A DNA stretch of 64,000 nucleotides from an uncultured Candidatus Saccharibacteria bacterium (GTDB lineage: Bacteria; Patescibacteriota; Saccharimonadia; Saccharimonadales; JALRHH01): assembly GCA_964590315.1 (NCBI GenBank), contig CAZPVS010000001.1, forward strand, positions 42,926 to 106,925, in the 5' to 3' direction. The position numbers and the translations under genes are program-made. A model generated the notes under the pieces. It ran no database searches and was not told the origin of the DNA. It saw nothing but the letters and a program-made list of their open reading frames with translations. Position 1 is the stretch's first letter. Each line of letters begins with the position of its first letter. Below are positions 1 to 9,506 of the stretch, piece by piece.

Positions 1-56
1 AGGTATCAGGGAGTCGGTCACCCCGTTTAGATTTCACGGCTGATAGAGCAGCTGCA

Positions 57-470
57 GTGCGCGGGGGTATGAAGGCAGTCGAACGCGAGAAGAACACTCT
101 TGAGACGTATCGCGATAAAACACTTTCCTCGCAGCATGCCACCGTCAAATGGCTTGCGCATGCGGCCAATAGTCCTGGGTACGCCTGGAAACAGGGTATT
201 GATCTTCGGCTGACTATGACTACTGTCAGGAGTTTTGTGTTTGCTGACATGCTCACGGCTATGAGCGAATCGCAGGGCTGGAGCCCTGAGAAGACGCAGG
301 GCGTTCAGCGTGTGATAGATTATCGCCTGTTTTTCGACAGGCAGCGGAATCGACATATCGGTAACTGGAAACAGATGCTCGGATTGGCAGATGAATATCT
401 CGCTTATAAAACCGCGCTCTACAATGAGAAAATTTGGAAAGCAGGAAAATTTTTAAGTTCTCATGAGTAA
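57..470 (+). CDS. hypothetical protein; the frame stays open back to the window start, so the gene may begin upstream
   Basis: ORF ends 7 nt into the dus start and is co-oriented with it. I recognise no domain. The antisense ORF 27-356 is discounted. Confidence 0.3.
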   Translation: MRGGMKAVEREKNTLETYRDKTLSSQHATVKWLAHAANSPGYAWKQGIDLRLTMTTVRSFVFADMLTAMSESQGWSPEKTQGVQRVIDYRLFFDRQRNRHIGNWKQMLGLADEYLAYKTALYNEKIWKAGKFLSSHE

Positions 471-1449
471 TAGCGAGCGTACTATGCCGAAGCCTTTTTT
501 TGTATTGGCACCAATGGATGATGTCACTGACACGGTGTTTCGTCAGATGGTGCAATCAACCGCCGCTCCGGATATGTTCTTCACTGAGTTTGTGAATGTG
601 GATGGGCTGCAAAGCCCGGGACGGAGCAAGCTCCTCAAGAAAGTGCGTTTTGTTGCCGCGGAGCAATCACTTGTTATTCAGCTGTGGGGCAAGGATCCAG
701 AGAATTTCCGTAAGACCGCGTCGCAAATCGCGGACGGCACATTGGCGCGGGAAGTGGGGCTGCCGGAAGGCATCAACTTTATTGGGATTGACCTTAATAT
801 GGGGTGTCCTGCCAAATCAGAAGTCAAGAATGGAACCTGCAGCGCCCTTATACTCAATAGGCCGCTCGCACATGACATTATTACGGCAACACAAGCCGGA
901 GCCGGTGATATACCGGTGAGCGTCAAAACACGTTTGGGCTGGAGTGAAATTGATCATAGCTGGCTCGAGTTTCTGCTTGGCCATAAACTTAACATGTTAA
1001 CTATTCATGGGCGTACTAAAAAGGAAATGAGTAAAGTGCCGGCGCACTGGGACGAGATTGGCATTGTCCGAGCAGCCCGTGATCGGATTGCACCAGATAC
1101 CCTTTTGGTTGGGAACGGTGACGTTGCATCTCGCGAACAGGGAGTGCAGCTTGCCATGCACTATGGGCTGGACGGCATTATGATTGGGCGCGGAGTATTC
1201 CATGATCCATATGTGTTTGCTGAGAAATCCCCGTGGCACGAGGTTTCTCGAGAAGATAAAATTGCATTATATCGTCGTCATGTGGAGCTTTTTGCCCAGT
1301 CATGGCAACCAGGCGATCGCCCTATCCATACCCTGAATAAGTTCTGCAAGATCTACGTCAACGGATTTGATGGTGCCAAGGAGCTACGAGAGCACCTGAT
1401 GGCCGCAGATTCTACCGATCGGTTGCTCGCCATACTCGCTGAAGCCTAA
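463..1449 (+). CDS. dus: tRNA-dihydrouridine synthase (Dus family)
   Basis: N-terminal LAPMDDVTD and the LNMGCPAKSEVKNGTCSALI block are the FMN/TIM-barrel Dus signatures. Confidence 0.85.
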   Translation: MSNSERTMPKPFFVLAPMDDVTDTVFRQMVQSTAAPDMFFTEFVNVDGLQSPGRSKLLKKVRFVAAEQSLVIQLWGKDPENFRKTASQIADGTLAREVGLPEGINFIGIDLNMGCPAKSEVKNGTCSALILNRPLAHDIITATQAGAGDIPVSVKTRLGWSEIDHSWLEFLLGHKLNMLTIHGRTKKEMSKVPAHWDEIGIVRAARDRIAPDTLLVGNGDVASREQGVQLAMHYGLDGIMIGRGVFHDPYVFAEKSPWHEVSREDKIALYRRHVELFAQSWQPGDRPIHTLNKFCKIYVNGFDGAKELREHLMAADSTDRLLAILAEA

Positions 1450-1534
1450 AACCGGTGTTTTGTATAGTGAAATTATTTACTGAGCTTTTTGTGCTGCCTC
1501 GATATAGTGTGTCCAGTAACTAGAGGAGGAAATC

Positions 1535-1906
1535 ATGGCACGAGCACATCACGTACAACCAGTGCAAACCGCATATGTCGAACGAGAAGAAGTGACGCCT
1601 GCTGACCGCGGCATGAGTGTCGCAGAGCGTATTGTTAACCTTATCGGTGGTATTATTGTCGGCTTGCTGGCACTGCGATTCTTACTATCGCTCTTTGGGG
1701 CGAACAGGGAAAATGTCATTGCAGACTTTATCTATACCACGAGTCAGCCGTTCGCCGCACCATTCTTTGGCCTGTTTAACTACACGCCACAGTTTGGGGT
1801 CGTGCGATTTGAGTTTGAAACTTTGATTGCGATATTGTTCTACGCACTTGCGACAGCAATTATCGCCCGATTAGTGACTCTTGGTCGCCGTACCGATTCG
1901 TACTAG
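1535..1906 (+). CDS. hypothetical small membrane protein
   Basis: ATG preceded by an aggagga RBS. Two predicted TM helices. No recognisable domain. Confidence 0.45.
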   Translation: MARAHHVQPVQTAYVEREEVTPADRGMSVAERIVNLIGGIIVGLLALRFLLSLFGANRENVIADFIYTTSQPFAAPFFGLFNYTPQFGVVRFEFETLIAILFYALATAIIARLVTLGRRTDSY

Positions 1907-1930
1907 TCCAGATACAGCATGTATGCGTTA

Positions 1931-1963
1931 AAACGCCGGTTCTTTATGAGCCGGCGTTTCATT
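1931..1963. terminator. hairpin terminator between convergent genes
   Basis: aaacgccgg-N11-ccggcgttt stem. On the minus strand it is followed by a TTTT run directly after the gltS stop. Confidence 0.4.
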
Positions 1964-3335
1964 AACCTAGATTAGAGGACTTAGATAGGGTAGAAGATCG
2001 TTTTTTGCCAAGCCGTAGGCCAACAATAACCCAGAATATCGTTACGATAGTTGCACTGATAAGTGCTGGCACCGACCCGAATTCGACAATGACGATTGCC
2101 GCGGTGGCAGTGACCAGGCCGCCACCCATGAACGGCTCAAAGGCCAGTTGCTTATAGGCAAAACTTTCCTTGATTTTTAAGGAATTGCTGGGGTCAGCTA
2201 GGCGGTTCATGAGCATGCCCGTAGCGGTCATTCCCATTGCCTGTCCATAGTCGGTGATACCGCGTTCGAACCAGTGGTCTTTGAAATATCGTGGCGCCAG
2301 CAACAGGAAGCAGCCGATAATCCAGAGTATGCCGGCAAATCCCAGGGTGATGAATATCGCCAAATTATGACTGATGGCATGCAGTGAAACCGTCGCGATG
2401 GCACTTGCTATCAACAGGTCAAGCGCAATGGTACTAAATACCTGAGCCGTATGTCGCTGTATGAGATGCTGGTGGTGGAATTTCCTGAGCGTCAGTTGCA
2501 GGATCAAGCCGCCGATCATGGCGAGTGGGAACAAGGGAACGAAAGCAAAGAAGCGCACATCGGTCATCCCTTGCAGGAGTACATCTTCAATCACAATCAG
2601 ACCCTTCAACAGTATCCAGCCAATTCCGATGGCAAAGGCAAAGGCCAACGCGTTGATTAGGACGGCTTTCGGATTGGTGTTGAGCCGTTGGGTGAAAGTC
2701 AGGAGATTATAGCCACTGCGCGCAAGATGACGTTGTTGTTCCTTGATGTGTTTCTGATCAGCCCTACTTGAGCGTCGGCTATGGATGTTGATCATGATGA
2801 TGCCAGTGAGTACCGCGGTGATGATGCTGAGTGTCGCCAGGCCGAGAGCGATATCCGTGCCGTCCTCCCAGCCGAGTTTTTCGAAGGTTGGCGCCAGACC
2901 TGCAGCGGTACCGTGACCCCCAGCAAAGCTAATCTCAATCAGTGATCCTGCCAACGCCGGAGCACCGAAATACGGTCCTAGGAACAGAATTGTTAACAGA
3001 ATACCAATGACGTATTGTCCCCACGCCATTGTATTGCCGAACGCGATCATGGGACCGGCAAGCCGCCACATATCTTTCCTGTTCGGGATGACACGCCCCA
3101 GAAAGAGGCCCGCAAATACGATGCTTATCAGATACTGGGGCAACTGTGCCCATATATCGGTCACTTCTGCCGAGATAGTTCCCAGTACCTGAGGCCCAAG
3201 CAAGAGGCCACCAATACCTGCGATTAAGGAACTGGGAATGAAAAATCGCTGGAGAAGACCCGAACCTCGTTTAATATAACGAGCGATTATAAGAACTACG
3301 GCAAGAACGATGAGACTGTCAACGAATGCTGGCAT
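1962..3335 (-). CDS. gltS: sodium/glutamate symporter, GltS family
   Basis: Multi-TM protein. The SFAGGHGTAAGLAP and GQAMGMTATGM blocks align with E. coli GltS motifs (SGGHGTGAAW / GFGLGATPTA). Confidence 0.75.
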   Translation of the reverse strand: MPAFVDSLIVLAVVLIIARYIKRGSGLLQRFFIPSSLIAGIGGLLLGPQVLGTISAEVTDIWAQLPQYLISIVFAGLFLGRVIPNRKDMWRLAGPMIAFGNTMAWGQYVIGILLTILFLGPYFGAPALAGSLIEISFAGGHGTAAGLAPTFEKLGWEDGTDIALGLATLSIITAVLTGIIMINIHSRRSSRADQKHIKEQQRHLARSGYNLLTFTQRLNTNPKAVLINALAFAFAIGIGWILLKGLIVIEDVLLQGMTDVRFFAFVPLFPLAMIGGLILQLTLRKFHHQHLIQRHTAQVFSTIALDLLIASAIATVSLHAISHNLAIFITLGFAGILWIIGCFLLLAPRYFKDHWFERGITDYGQAMGMTATGMLMNRLADPSNSLKIKESFAYKQLAFEPFMGGGLVTATAAIVIVEFGSVPALISATIVTIFWVIVGLRLGKKRSSTLSKSSNLG

Positions 3336-3555
3336 ATAGACTCATCATAAAGCACCTGAGACCGATGGTGCAAATACTCGCCGCTGCAGGGATAGAGATA
3401 CTTATGGTGGGGGTGGTAGGAAAGTTCACGACTGCACCCAGGCTCGGAGTAAACTCCTGCGCTTGGGTTTGTCGACCGAACCTCGGCTACGCCGTCCGGT
3501 TTGACTCCTGCCCACCTCATAGAAAAAGCCCCAGCCAAGGCTGAGACTTATTCTA

Positions 3556-3775
3556 TGGTGGCTTTGTATTCCAAAGCTCGAACCTATTTTAACACAAGAA
3601 ACTGATGTGAGCCGCGCCGCCTGCGCGGGCAAGCCCGCGCTCGCCCCACCAGAAAACACCCTTTACAACTAAAAAGAAATCTAGGCGGGGAAATCAAAAA
3701 AATAGGCAAAGGGTTTTTCTGGTGGTGGCGTGTCGCTGCAATCAGTGGGAGTAAGGAGTTTTTAGGGTTGGGAGG
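3556..3775. repeat. R1a: 220-bp copy of a perfect inverted repeat (partner at 7361-7580)
   Basis: Reverse-complementing 7361-7580 by hand gives an identical string. It starts with tggtgg plus a tRNA 3'-end-like stretch (..cgaacc) and contains the GC hairpin gcgcgggc-aa-gcccgcgc. Confidence 0.85.
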
Positions 3776-3777
3776 TC

Positions 3778-4323
3778 TTACGGCTCATTAAAACTAGAAA
3801 CGTCTACTGGTTCGTAGCCATATTTATCACGTAATATAGCGAATAGCTCTTCATGTTTCAGACCCGAAAGAATACCACCAGCGATTGCATCTTCCAGCGT
3901 GACGTCAGCCGAACAGAAGCTGGGCTGACCAAATTTTTCTTGGTCGTCTGTATTTGCAAACTCAAAGTCCACTAGTACAAGACCGGCGTGCTCCCCGCCG
4001 AATACGTCCAGCTCACCTTCGAAGCCCTCGTACGTCAATGGCACGCGCAATTTTTCAATCCTACGCGTAGAAGCACCCAAGAGTGCATCGAATTCTTCTT
4101 TTGTCAGCCCGATAGTTTCCTCTAGCTGTTGAGACGGATCGTTATCAACAGGTGTTTTTTTGGTGATCTCATACGTATTGCCTTTTTGACGCAGACGCAG
4201 CTTTGGGTGGTCTGATACCTCTGGTATATAAGCATCAATCATACGTGTCGGTTCACCAGATATATACTGCGTGGGTATCTCTGGGCACAAATACGTTTTT
4301 TCAAATTCCATAGAACTAGCCAT
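3778..4323 (-). CDS. CYTH-domain protein (triphosphate tunnel metalloenzyme family)
   Basis: The N-terminal MEFEKTYL start and the overall ~180-aa acidic pattern are typical of the CYTH/CyaB-like fold. The stop lies 2 bp from R1a. Confidence 0.55.
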   Translation of the reverse strand: MASSMEFEKTYLCPEIPTQYISGEPTRMIDAYIPEVSDHPKLRLRQKGNTYEITKKTPVDNDPSQQLEETIGLTKEEFDALLGASTRRIEKLRVPLTYEGFEGELDVFGGEHAGLVLVDFEFANTDDQEKFGQPSFCSADVTLEDAIAGGILSGLKHEELFAILRDKYGYEPVDVSSFNEP

Positions 4324-4425
4324 GATTATAAAAAATCTCCTTTGTTATATTACTTCTTTCATACGGATTTATAATCTATATTGTATCATATTTACCCCTG
4401 TAATGAGATGAGGTATAGTGAATCC

Positions 4426-5484
4426 ATGAAGAATCTTAAAGTTATTGTGGTTGGCATTGGCAAACAGGCCTCAGAAGATCATATCCCTGCATTACTGGCG
4501 TCTGCTAGCTATGAGCTAGTAGGTCTCATCGAAAAAGATACCAACAAACATCACGAGATAAAGAGACAATATGGCGTTGCTGTGCATGCATCAATCGAGG
4601 AAGCTATCGCCACAGATACGCCCGATATTGCTGTCCTGACTCTGCCGCACAGTGAATACCGACATGCGATAGAGCTACTCGCCGCAAAAGGCGTTCACAT
4701 CATCAAAGAAAAGCCATTTGCTGTCAGCCTCGACGAAGCGATACTATATCAACGCTTGATGGAGAAGTATGGCGTCAGTATTCATGTCACGTTGCAACGA
4801 CGCTTCAACCCAATATTCACCAGCGTGCCTCAGCTGATACGTTCGATAGGCAAAGTCTTTGCTATTGAGGGTAAATATACGTTCAATATCGGCCATTTGG
4901 ATGAAGGGTGGCGCGCAAACTCTTACCAGTCAGGTGGCGGTGCACTCATTGACATGGGATACCACATCGTGGATCTACTAGTCTGGTATTTTGATTTGCC
5001 GAGTTATATCACAGCATCGACTGCTGATGGTAATCGAGAAGGTCAAAAATATGATGTCGAAGACACTGTATATCTTAATTTTCGATATGGAGAAGATGAT
5101 GGAGATTCGATGCTAGGCAATGTCATAGTGAGTCGAGTATTTCCCGAGAAGCAAGAATATTTGCATATGTATGGCACGCGAGGTAGTGTGCGCGTAGAAC
5201 GTGGACGAGTTGAACGTTTTGATATCAATGGTGAACCAGTCGAATCACTTGTACGAGATGGGCAGTGGCCATCCGCACTAGTTGAGCAATACGAAGTCTT
5301 CGCGTATGAGATTACCCACGACAAGGATAGTCGTGCAAACGGGAGAGTGGTGACGTTACACGACCACCTAAAGCATATGGCAATCGTAGAAGCCAGCTAT
5401 CAATCTGCCAGAAGTAAATCAACCACCAACGTGCAAAGCATCTACAATGAACTAGTACGGCAACTACAGGAAAGGAATGAATAA
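4426..5484 (+). CDS. Gfo/Idh/MocA family NAD(P)-dependent oxidoreductase
   Basis: N-terminal Rossmann motif VIVVGIGKQASEDHIPAL. The track start at 4381 is TTG; the ATG at 4426 has a gagg RBS. Confidence 0.7.
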   Translation: MKNLKVIVVGIGKQASEDHIPALLASASYELVGLIEKDTNKHHEIKRQYGVAVHASIEEAIATDTPDIAVLTLPHSEYRHAIELLAAKGVHIIKEKPFAVSLDEAILYQRLMEKYGVSIHVTLQRRFNPIFTSVPQLIRSIGKVFAIEGKYTFNIGHLDEGWRANSYQSGGGALIDMGYHIVDLLVWYFDLPSYITASTADGNREGQKYDVEDTVYLNFRYGEDDGDSMLGNVIVSRVFPEKQEYLHMYGTRGSVRVERGRVERFDINGEPVESLVRDGQWPSALVEQYEVFAYEITHDKDSRANGRVVTLHDHLKHMAIVEASYQSARSKSTTNVQSIYNELVRQLQERNE

Positions 5485-5486
5485 GC

Positions 5487-6719
5487 ATGAACTTAGCGAT
5501 TAATGGAGGTGTCCCTGTGTCTGCTGCTCCCCTGTACTTTGACTGGCCGATTATCAACGAGTCTGTTGGACAAGCAATCATCACGCAGCTCCACGAGAGT
5601 ATATCGATTTACGATGACTCAGGCATCTTTCAACAATTTGAGACTGAATTTGCAGAATATCATCATATGCCACATGCACTGCTTGTTAACTCTGGAACAT
5701 CGGGTCTACAAAGTGCGTACTACAGTATGATGTTGCAGCCAGGCGATGAAGTAATATGTCCAGTATACACATTCCACGCTACAGTCAGTCCGATGATGCA
5801 TTTTGGTCTCGTACCTACCATGGTTGACTGCGATATGTATGGACAAATTGATCCTGCGCTTATAGAAAAAGCCATCACTGATAAAACCAAGGCGGTTATT
5901 ATCACGCACATGTGGGGCTATGCCGTCGATATCGAGAGAGTTCGTGAAATTTGCGACAGACACAGCCTGCTCCTTATCGAAGATTGCTCTCATGCGCATG
6001 GTGCAACATTCGGTGGCCAGCCTCTTGGTTCGTTTGGTGATATATCCGTCTGGAGCTTACAGGGTCAGAAAATCATCACTGGCGGCGAAGGTGGTATGAT
6101 GCTATTTAAAAACAAGCAGCACTTCGAACGTGCTGTGCTGTACGGACACTACAATAAGCGCTGCAAACAGCAAGTTGAAGATGATTCGTTGAAAGCGTAT
6201 GCGCTGACAGGTGCTGGCCTAAAGCTGCGAGCAAGTACATTAAATGTCGCGATGGCACGGCATTATTTCAATCAAATTACTACAATCAACACCGAAAAAT
6301 CCCAAAATGCGGAGTGTTTTAGTCGTGGCATTCAATTGATTGACGGCATTCAAGTTCTTGGGCCACGACCTCATTCAACCAATAGCTGGTACGCACAAAA
6401 TATTATGTACGATGAGGCGGTCGTTGGTGTACCGCGCGAGCGGTTCGTCGCCGCACTCCATGCTGAGGGTCTTGTGGAAGCCGATATTCCTGACTCAACT
6501 GGACCAATTCACCGCGAGCCTTTGTTCAATGAGCCGCACGTTGTTTTCCCATACTTATATAATTCGTCACTTCACAACAAGGATCGTACATTTGAACGTG
6601 CGGAATCTTTTTATAGTCGGATCATCAAACTACCCGTCTGGACAGCGACTGACAATGCCACTGATCGATATATAGAGGGATTCAACAAGGTTATCGCCAA
6701 TATTCATGAGTTACAATAA
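5487..6719 (+). CDS. DegT/DnrJ/EryC1/StrS family sugar aminotransferase (PLP-dependent)
   Basis: Fold-type I aminotransferase blocks (IITHMWGY, DCSHAHGAT, LQGQKIITGGEGGM) match the DegT family. Translationally coupled to the neighbouring genes. Confidence 0.8.
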   Translation: MNLAINGGVPVSAAPLYFDWPIINESVGQAIITQLHESISIYDDSGIFQQFETEFAEYHHMPHALLVNSGTSGLQSAYYSMMLQPGDEVICPVYTFHATVSPMMHFGLVPTMVDCDMYGQIDPALIEKAITDKTKAVIITHMWGYAVDIERVREICDRHSLLLIEDCSHAHGATFGGQPLGSFGDISVWSLQGQKIITGGEGGMMLFKNKQHFERAVLYGHYNKRCKQQVEDDSLKAYALTGAGLKLRASTLNVAMARHYFNQITTINTEKSQNAECFSRGIQLIDGIQVLGPRPHSTNSWYAQNIMYDEAVVGVPRERFVAALHAEGLVEADIPDSTGPIHREPLFNEPHVVFPYLYNSSLHNKDRTFERAESFYSRIIKLPVWTATDNATDRYIEGFNKVIANIHELQ

Positions 6720-7374
6720 AGAGGGTTTACTAGTATCATTTGAAGGTCAAGACGGATCCGGTAAATCAACCTTACTTGAGCTGGTCGGTGCCGCACTAGA
6801 AGAGAATGGGTACGCGGTAGAGATTGTGCCTGAGTTTTCAGAGCGAGTAATTGGCTCCTACCTCGTCAATCAACTCACTGAAAACAAGTTCTTGCGCATG
6901 AATCGTGATGGTACGAGCGCCTTGACAGAGACATTGTATATCGTTGCTGACCTTTACTCGCAAGATGAGTTTGATATCAAGCCAGCGCTTGCTCAAGGAA
7001 AAATCGTCTTAAAGGAGAGGCACCTTGATTCGATATTCGCCTGCCAAATTCCAAAAATACTTGCAGACTATCCTGATAGAAGAGAGGGTGAACTAACAGG
7101 GTGGCTTGACAGTCTTTGTAGTAGTCTAAAAGAGCCTGACTTGACAGTATTTCTTGATGTTCCCGAAATTGAGTTACGCAATCGAATAGTCGGTAGAGGT
7201 GAAGCTATCAGCGAGAGCGATGTCACCGTATTCAAGTCAAGACAGGCTATATATGACCGAATTGCAGCCACTGGAATTAAACGATGGATGAGAGCAGATA
7301 ATCGGCATAGCCCCGACCGAACAGCAGAAGTCATTATTAGAAAAGTAGAAGAAATCCTTTCCTCCCAACCCTAA
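6706..7374 (+). CDS. thymidylate-kinase-like P-loop nucleotide kinase
   Basis: VSFEGQDGSGKST matches the Tmk P-loop IxxEGxDGxGKsT. The last four codons and stop (SSQP*) lie inside repeat R1b. Confidence 0.6.
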   Translation: MSYNKEGLLVSFEGQDGSGKSTLLELVGAALEENGYAVEIVPEFSERVIGSYLVNQLTENKFLRMNRDGTSALTETLYIVADLYSQDEFDIKPALAQGKIVLKERHLDSIFACQIPKILADYPDRREGELTGWLDSLCSSLKEPDLTVFLDVPEIELRNRIVGRGEAISESDVTVFKSRQAIYDRIAATGIKRWMRADNRHSPDRTAEVIIRKVEEILSSQP

Positions 7375-7580
7375 AAACTCCTTACTCCCACTGATTGCAG
7401 CGACACGCCACCACCAGAAAAACCCTTTGCCTATTTTTTTGATTTCCCCGCCTAGATTTCTTTTTAGTTGTAAAGGGTGTTTTCTGGTGGGGCGAGCGCG
7501 GGCTTGCCCGCGCAGGCGGCGCGGCTCACATCAGTTTCTTGTGTTAAAATAGGTTCGAGCTTTGGAATACAAAGCCACCA
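7361..7580. repeat. R1b: inverted copy of R1a
   Basis: Exact reverse complement of 3556-3775. It ends with ccacca, which is shared with the start of R2b. Confidence 0.85.
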
Positions 7581-7680
7581 AAATGGAACTTTCTGAGATT
7601 TGGTCGCCCGAATGGGCGGCTTTTTCTCTGGCCGCGCGCAGCGCGAGCCAGCTGTTTGCTTGGGGGGAATTGGGAAATTG
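7575..7680. repeat. R2b: 106-bp inverted copy of the tRNA 3' flank (partner at 9363-9468)
   Basis: Exact reverse complement of 9363-9468 by hand comparison. Confidence 0.8.
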
Positions 7681-7712
7681 ACGCGCCACAGGTGGCGCGT
7701 ATTTTTGTTTTG
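7681..7712 (+). terminator. rho-independent terminator after the cassette operon
   Basis: Palindrome acgcgccac-ag-gtggcgcgt followed by atttttgttttg. Confidence 0.5.
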
Positions 7713-7751
7713 TAAGTCGGCATAGCCGACACGCTCCGCGTCTTCGCTTCG

Positions 7752-7760
7752 TGATATAAT
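7752..7760 (+). promoter_or_regulatory. extended -10 promoter (TGaTATAAT) upstream of the recombinase gene
   Basis: tgatataat sequence. It lies ~135 nt upstream of the ATG at 7896. Confidence 0.4.
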
Positions 7761-7768
7761 GATAAGTG

Positions 7769-7854
7769 CAATACAAATCAATCGGCAAAACTTTTCTATT
7801 TGAGAACTCAAATAGCCGTTTCGCACAAGTTAGGTTTTGCCTGATTTGTATTGC
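7769..7854 (+). promoter_or_regulatory. nested inverted repeats in the recombinase leader; candidate operator, att-like site or structured 5' UTR
   Basis: gcaatacaaatca..gcaaaac pairs with gttttgc..tgatttgtattgc. An inner palindrome ctatttgag-aa-ctcaaatag is enclosed. Confidence 0.4.
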
Positions 7855-7895
7855 AGCGAAGCGGCTTTTTGAGTGCAAGTGGAAAGGTGGCGTAT

Positions 7896-9506
7896 ATGTT
7901 CCCAAAACTCATATATTTCTTGTATGTCCGTAAGAGTACCGATGTAGAGGACAAACAAGTGTTATCTATTGCGGCGCAAATTGCCGAACTCAAAGAGTTC
8001 GCCGCTCGCATGGGCATATACATCGTCGAGGCCATCATAGAAAAGCAGACAGCCAAAAAGCCAGGACGAAAAAAGTTTAACAAAATGCTGGAGCGCATAG
8101 AAAACGGCGAAGCTAACGGGATTTTAGCGTGGATGCCTGATCGACTGTCGCGCAATTCGATAGATAGCGGCAAGATTATTTATATGCTCGACGAGCATGT
8201 TTTACTCGACTTAAAGTTTCCGCATTTCTGGTTTGAGAATACGCCACAAGGAAAATACATGCTGGCTAATGAGTTCAATTCGTCCAAGCAATACGTGGAC
8301 AATTTGTCGGTAAACACCAAGCGAGGGCTACGCCAAAAGGTGCGCGAGGGCTATTACCCAAGTCGTGCGCCGATTGGCTATTATAACGACATCAAGACCA
8401 AGACGGCAAAAGTGGACAAACGGCATGCGCCGATTGTCCGTCAAGCGTTCGAATTGTACGCTGGCGGCGATAAACGATTAGACGAAATCGCGGACTTTCT
8501 GTATGCCAATGGCATACAGACACGCAGCGGTAAAGTGCGCGGCAAGAAAACGACAGGCAAAAAGCCGTATCATAAAAATCGTATCAAGCGTATGCTGACA
8601 AATCCGTTTTATTATGGACATTTTTGCTATCTCGGCGAAATCCATGAGGGCAACCATAAAGCTATTGTCTCGAAACGGCTTTTTGACCAAGTGCAAACGG
8701 TGCTAGAGCGTCGCGGCAAGCCGCGCCACAAGGCGAAGAATGAGCCAAAACCGCTCTGCGGTTTGGTATATTGCTCGTGCGGCATGATGTTCACCTCAGA
8801 ACGTCAGACAAAACGACAGAAAAATGGCAATGTGCATATCTATGATTATTATCGTTGCACGCGCAAGAGCAAGACAGTTGTTTGTCGTGAGCCACATATT
8901 CGCGCCGAAGAGCTGGACAAACAACTGTCTGCGTTACTGGCTGGCTTTTCTTTACCCATTGCGTGGGCGGACAAACTGCGCGAGCTAATGCGCAAGGACG
9001 AGATGAGTGAAAAGGTGGACTATGAACGTATTATCGGGAATGATAAAGACAAAATCGCGCAGTTGTCTGAGAAAATGCAGCGATTGCTTGATGGCTACCT
9101 AGACGGCGACATTGAGCGCGAATTATACCAAGACAAACGCGCGGAATTACTTGGACAGAAGAAACGGCTGGAAGAAAAAATTGAGCAAGCGACGGTGGGC
9201 GTTTTGACGTGGGTCGAACCGATGAATACATGGCTTGAGCGAGCCGTTTCTATCTGTAAAATCGCAAAGAGTGATGACTTACTCGCCAAAAAGTCGCTTT
9301 GCCTCGAAATCTTCGGGTCGAACCTAAAAATGCAAAACAAAAATGTCGTCGCACGCGACGACCAATTTCCCAATTCCCCCCAAGCAAACAGCTGGCTCGC
9401 GCTGCGCGCGGCCAGAGAAAAAGCCGCCCATTCGGGCGACCAAATCTCAGAAAGTTCCATTTTGGTGGGGGTGGTAGGAATCGAACCTACTACCAAGTGG
9501 TTATGA
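7896..9506 (+). CDS. large serine recombinase (resolvase catalytic domain + recombinase domain + zinc ribbon + coiled coil)
   Basis: YVRKSTDVED (Ser nucleophile) and LAWMPDRLSRN resolvase motifs. Zinc ribbon CGLVYCSCG..YYRCTRK..C. Long coiled coil. RBS ggaaaggtgg before the ATG at 7896; the track start 7851 is TTG. The last ~48 codons run through repeat R2a and antisense into the tRNA. Confidence 0.85.
   Translation: MFPKLIYFLYVRKSTDVEDKQVLSIAAQIAELKEFAARMGIYIVEAIIEKQTAKKPGRKKFNKMLERIENGEANGILAWMPDRLSRNSIDSGKIIYMLDEHVLLDLKFPHFWFENTPQGKYMLANEFNSSKQYVDNLSVNTKRGLRQKVREGYYPSRAPIGYYNDIKTKTAKVDKRHAPIVRQAFELYAGGDKRLDEIADFLYANGIQTRSGKVRGKKTTGKKPYHKNRIKRMLTNPFYYGHFCYLGEIHEGNHKAIVSKRLFDQVQTVLERRGKPRHKAKNEPKPLCGLVYCSCGMMFTSERQTKRQKNGNVHIYDYYRCTRKSKTVVCREPHIRAEELDKQLSALLAGFSLPIAWADKLRELMRKDEMSEKVDYERIIGNDKDKIAQLSEKMQRLLDGYLDGDIERELYQDKRAELLGQKKRLEEKIEQATVGVLTWVEPMNTWLERAVSICKIAKSDDLLAKKSLCLEIFGSNLKMQNKNVVARDDQFPNSPQANSWLALRAAREKAAHSGDQISESSILVGVVGIEPTTKWL
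9363..9468. repeat. R2a: native 3' flank of tRNA(CAU), including its CCA end
   Basis: Inverted partner of 7575-7680. Ends at tggtgg, which is the reverse complement of the tRNA ACCACCA terminus. Confidence 0.8.

Noticed and set aside
27-356. Minus-strand 109-aa ORF at the window start
   Set aside because: It overlaps the co-oriented plus-strand ORF that is coupled to dus. The plus frame is preferred.
3426-3659. ORFs inside the R1/R2 repeats and antisense to the recombinase tail (3426-3659-, 7464-7826-, 7531-7905-, 7544-7771-, 9095-9496-, 9299-9520+)
   Set aside because: They arise from the same repeat sequence read in both orientations and overlap hairpins and the tRNA. They are treated as non-coding.
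3556-7580. Classical transposon with terminal inverted repeats
   Set aside because: No transposase lies between the repeats. The repeats begin with tRNA-end mimics and continue into a second repeat family, which fits site-specific recombination or rearrangement better. Not fully excluded.
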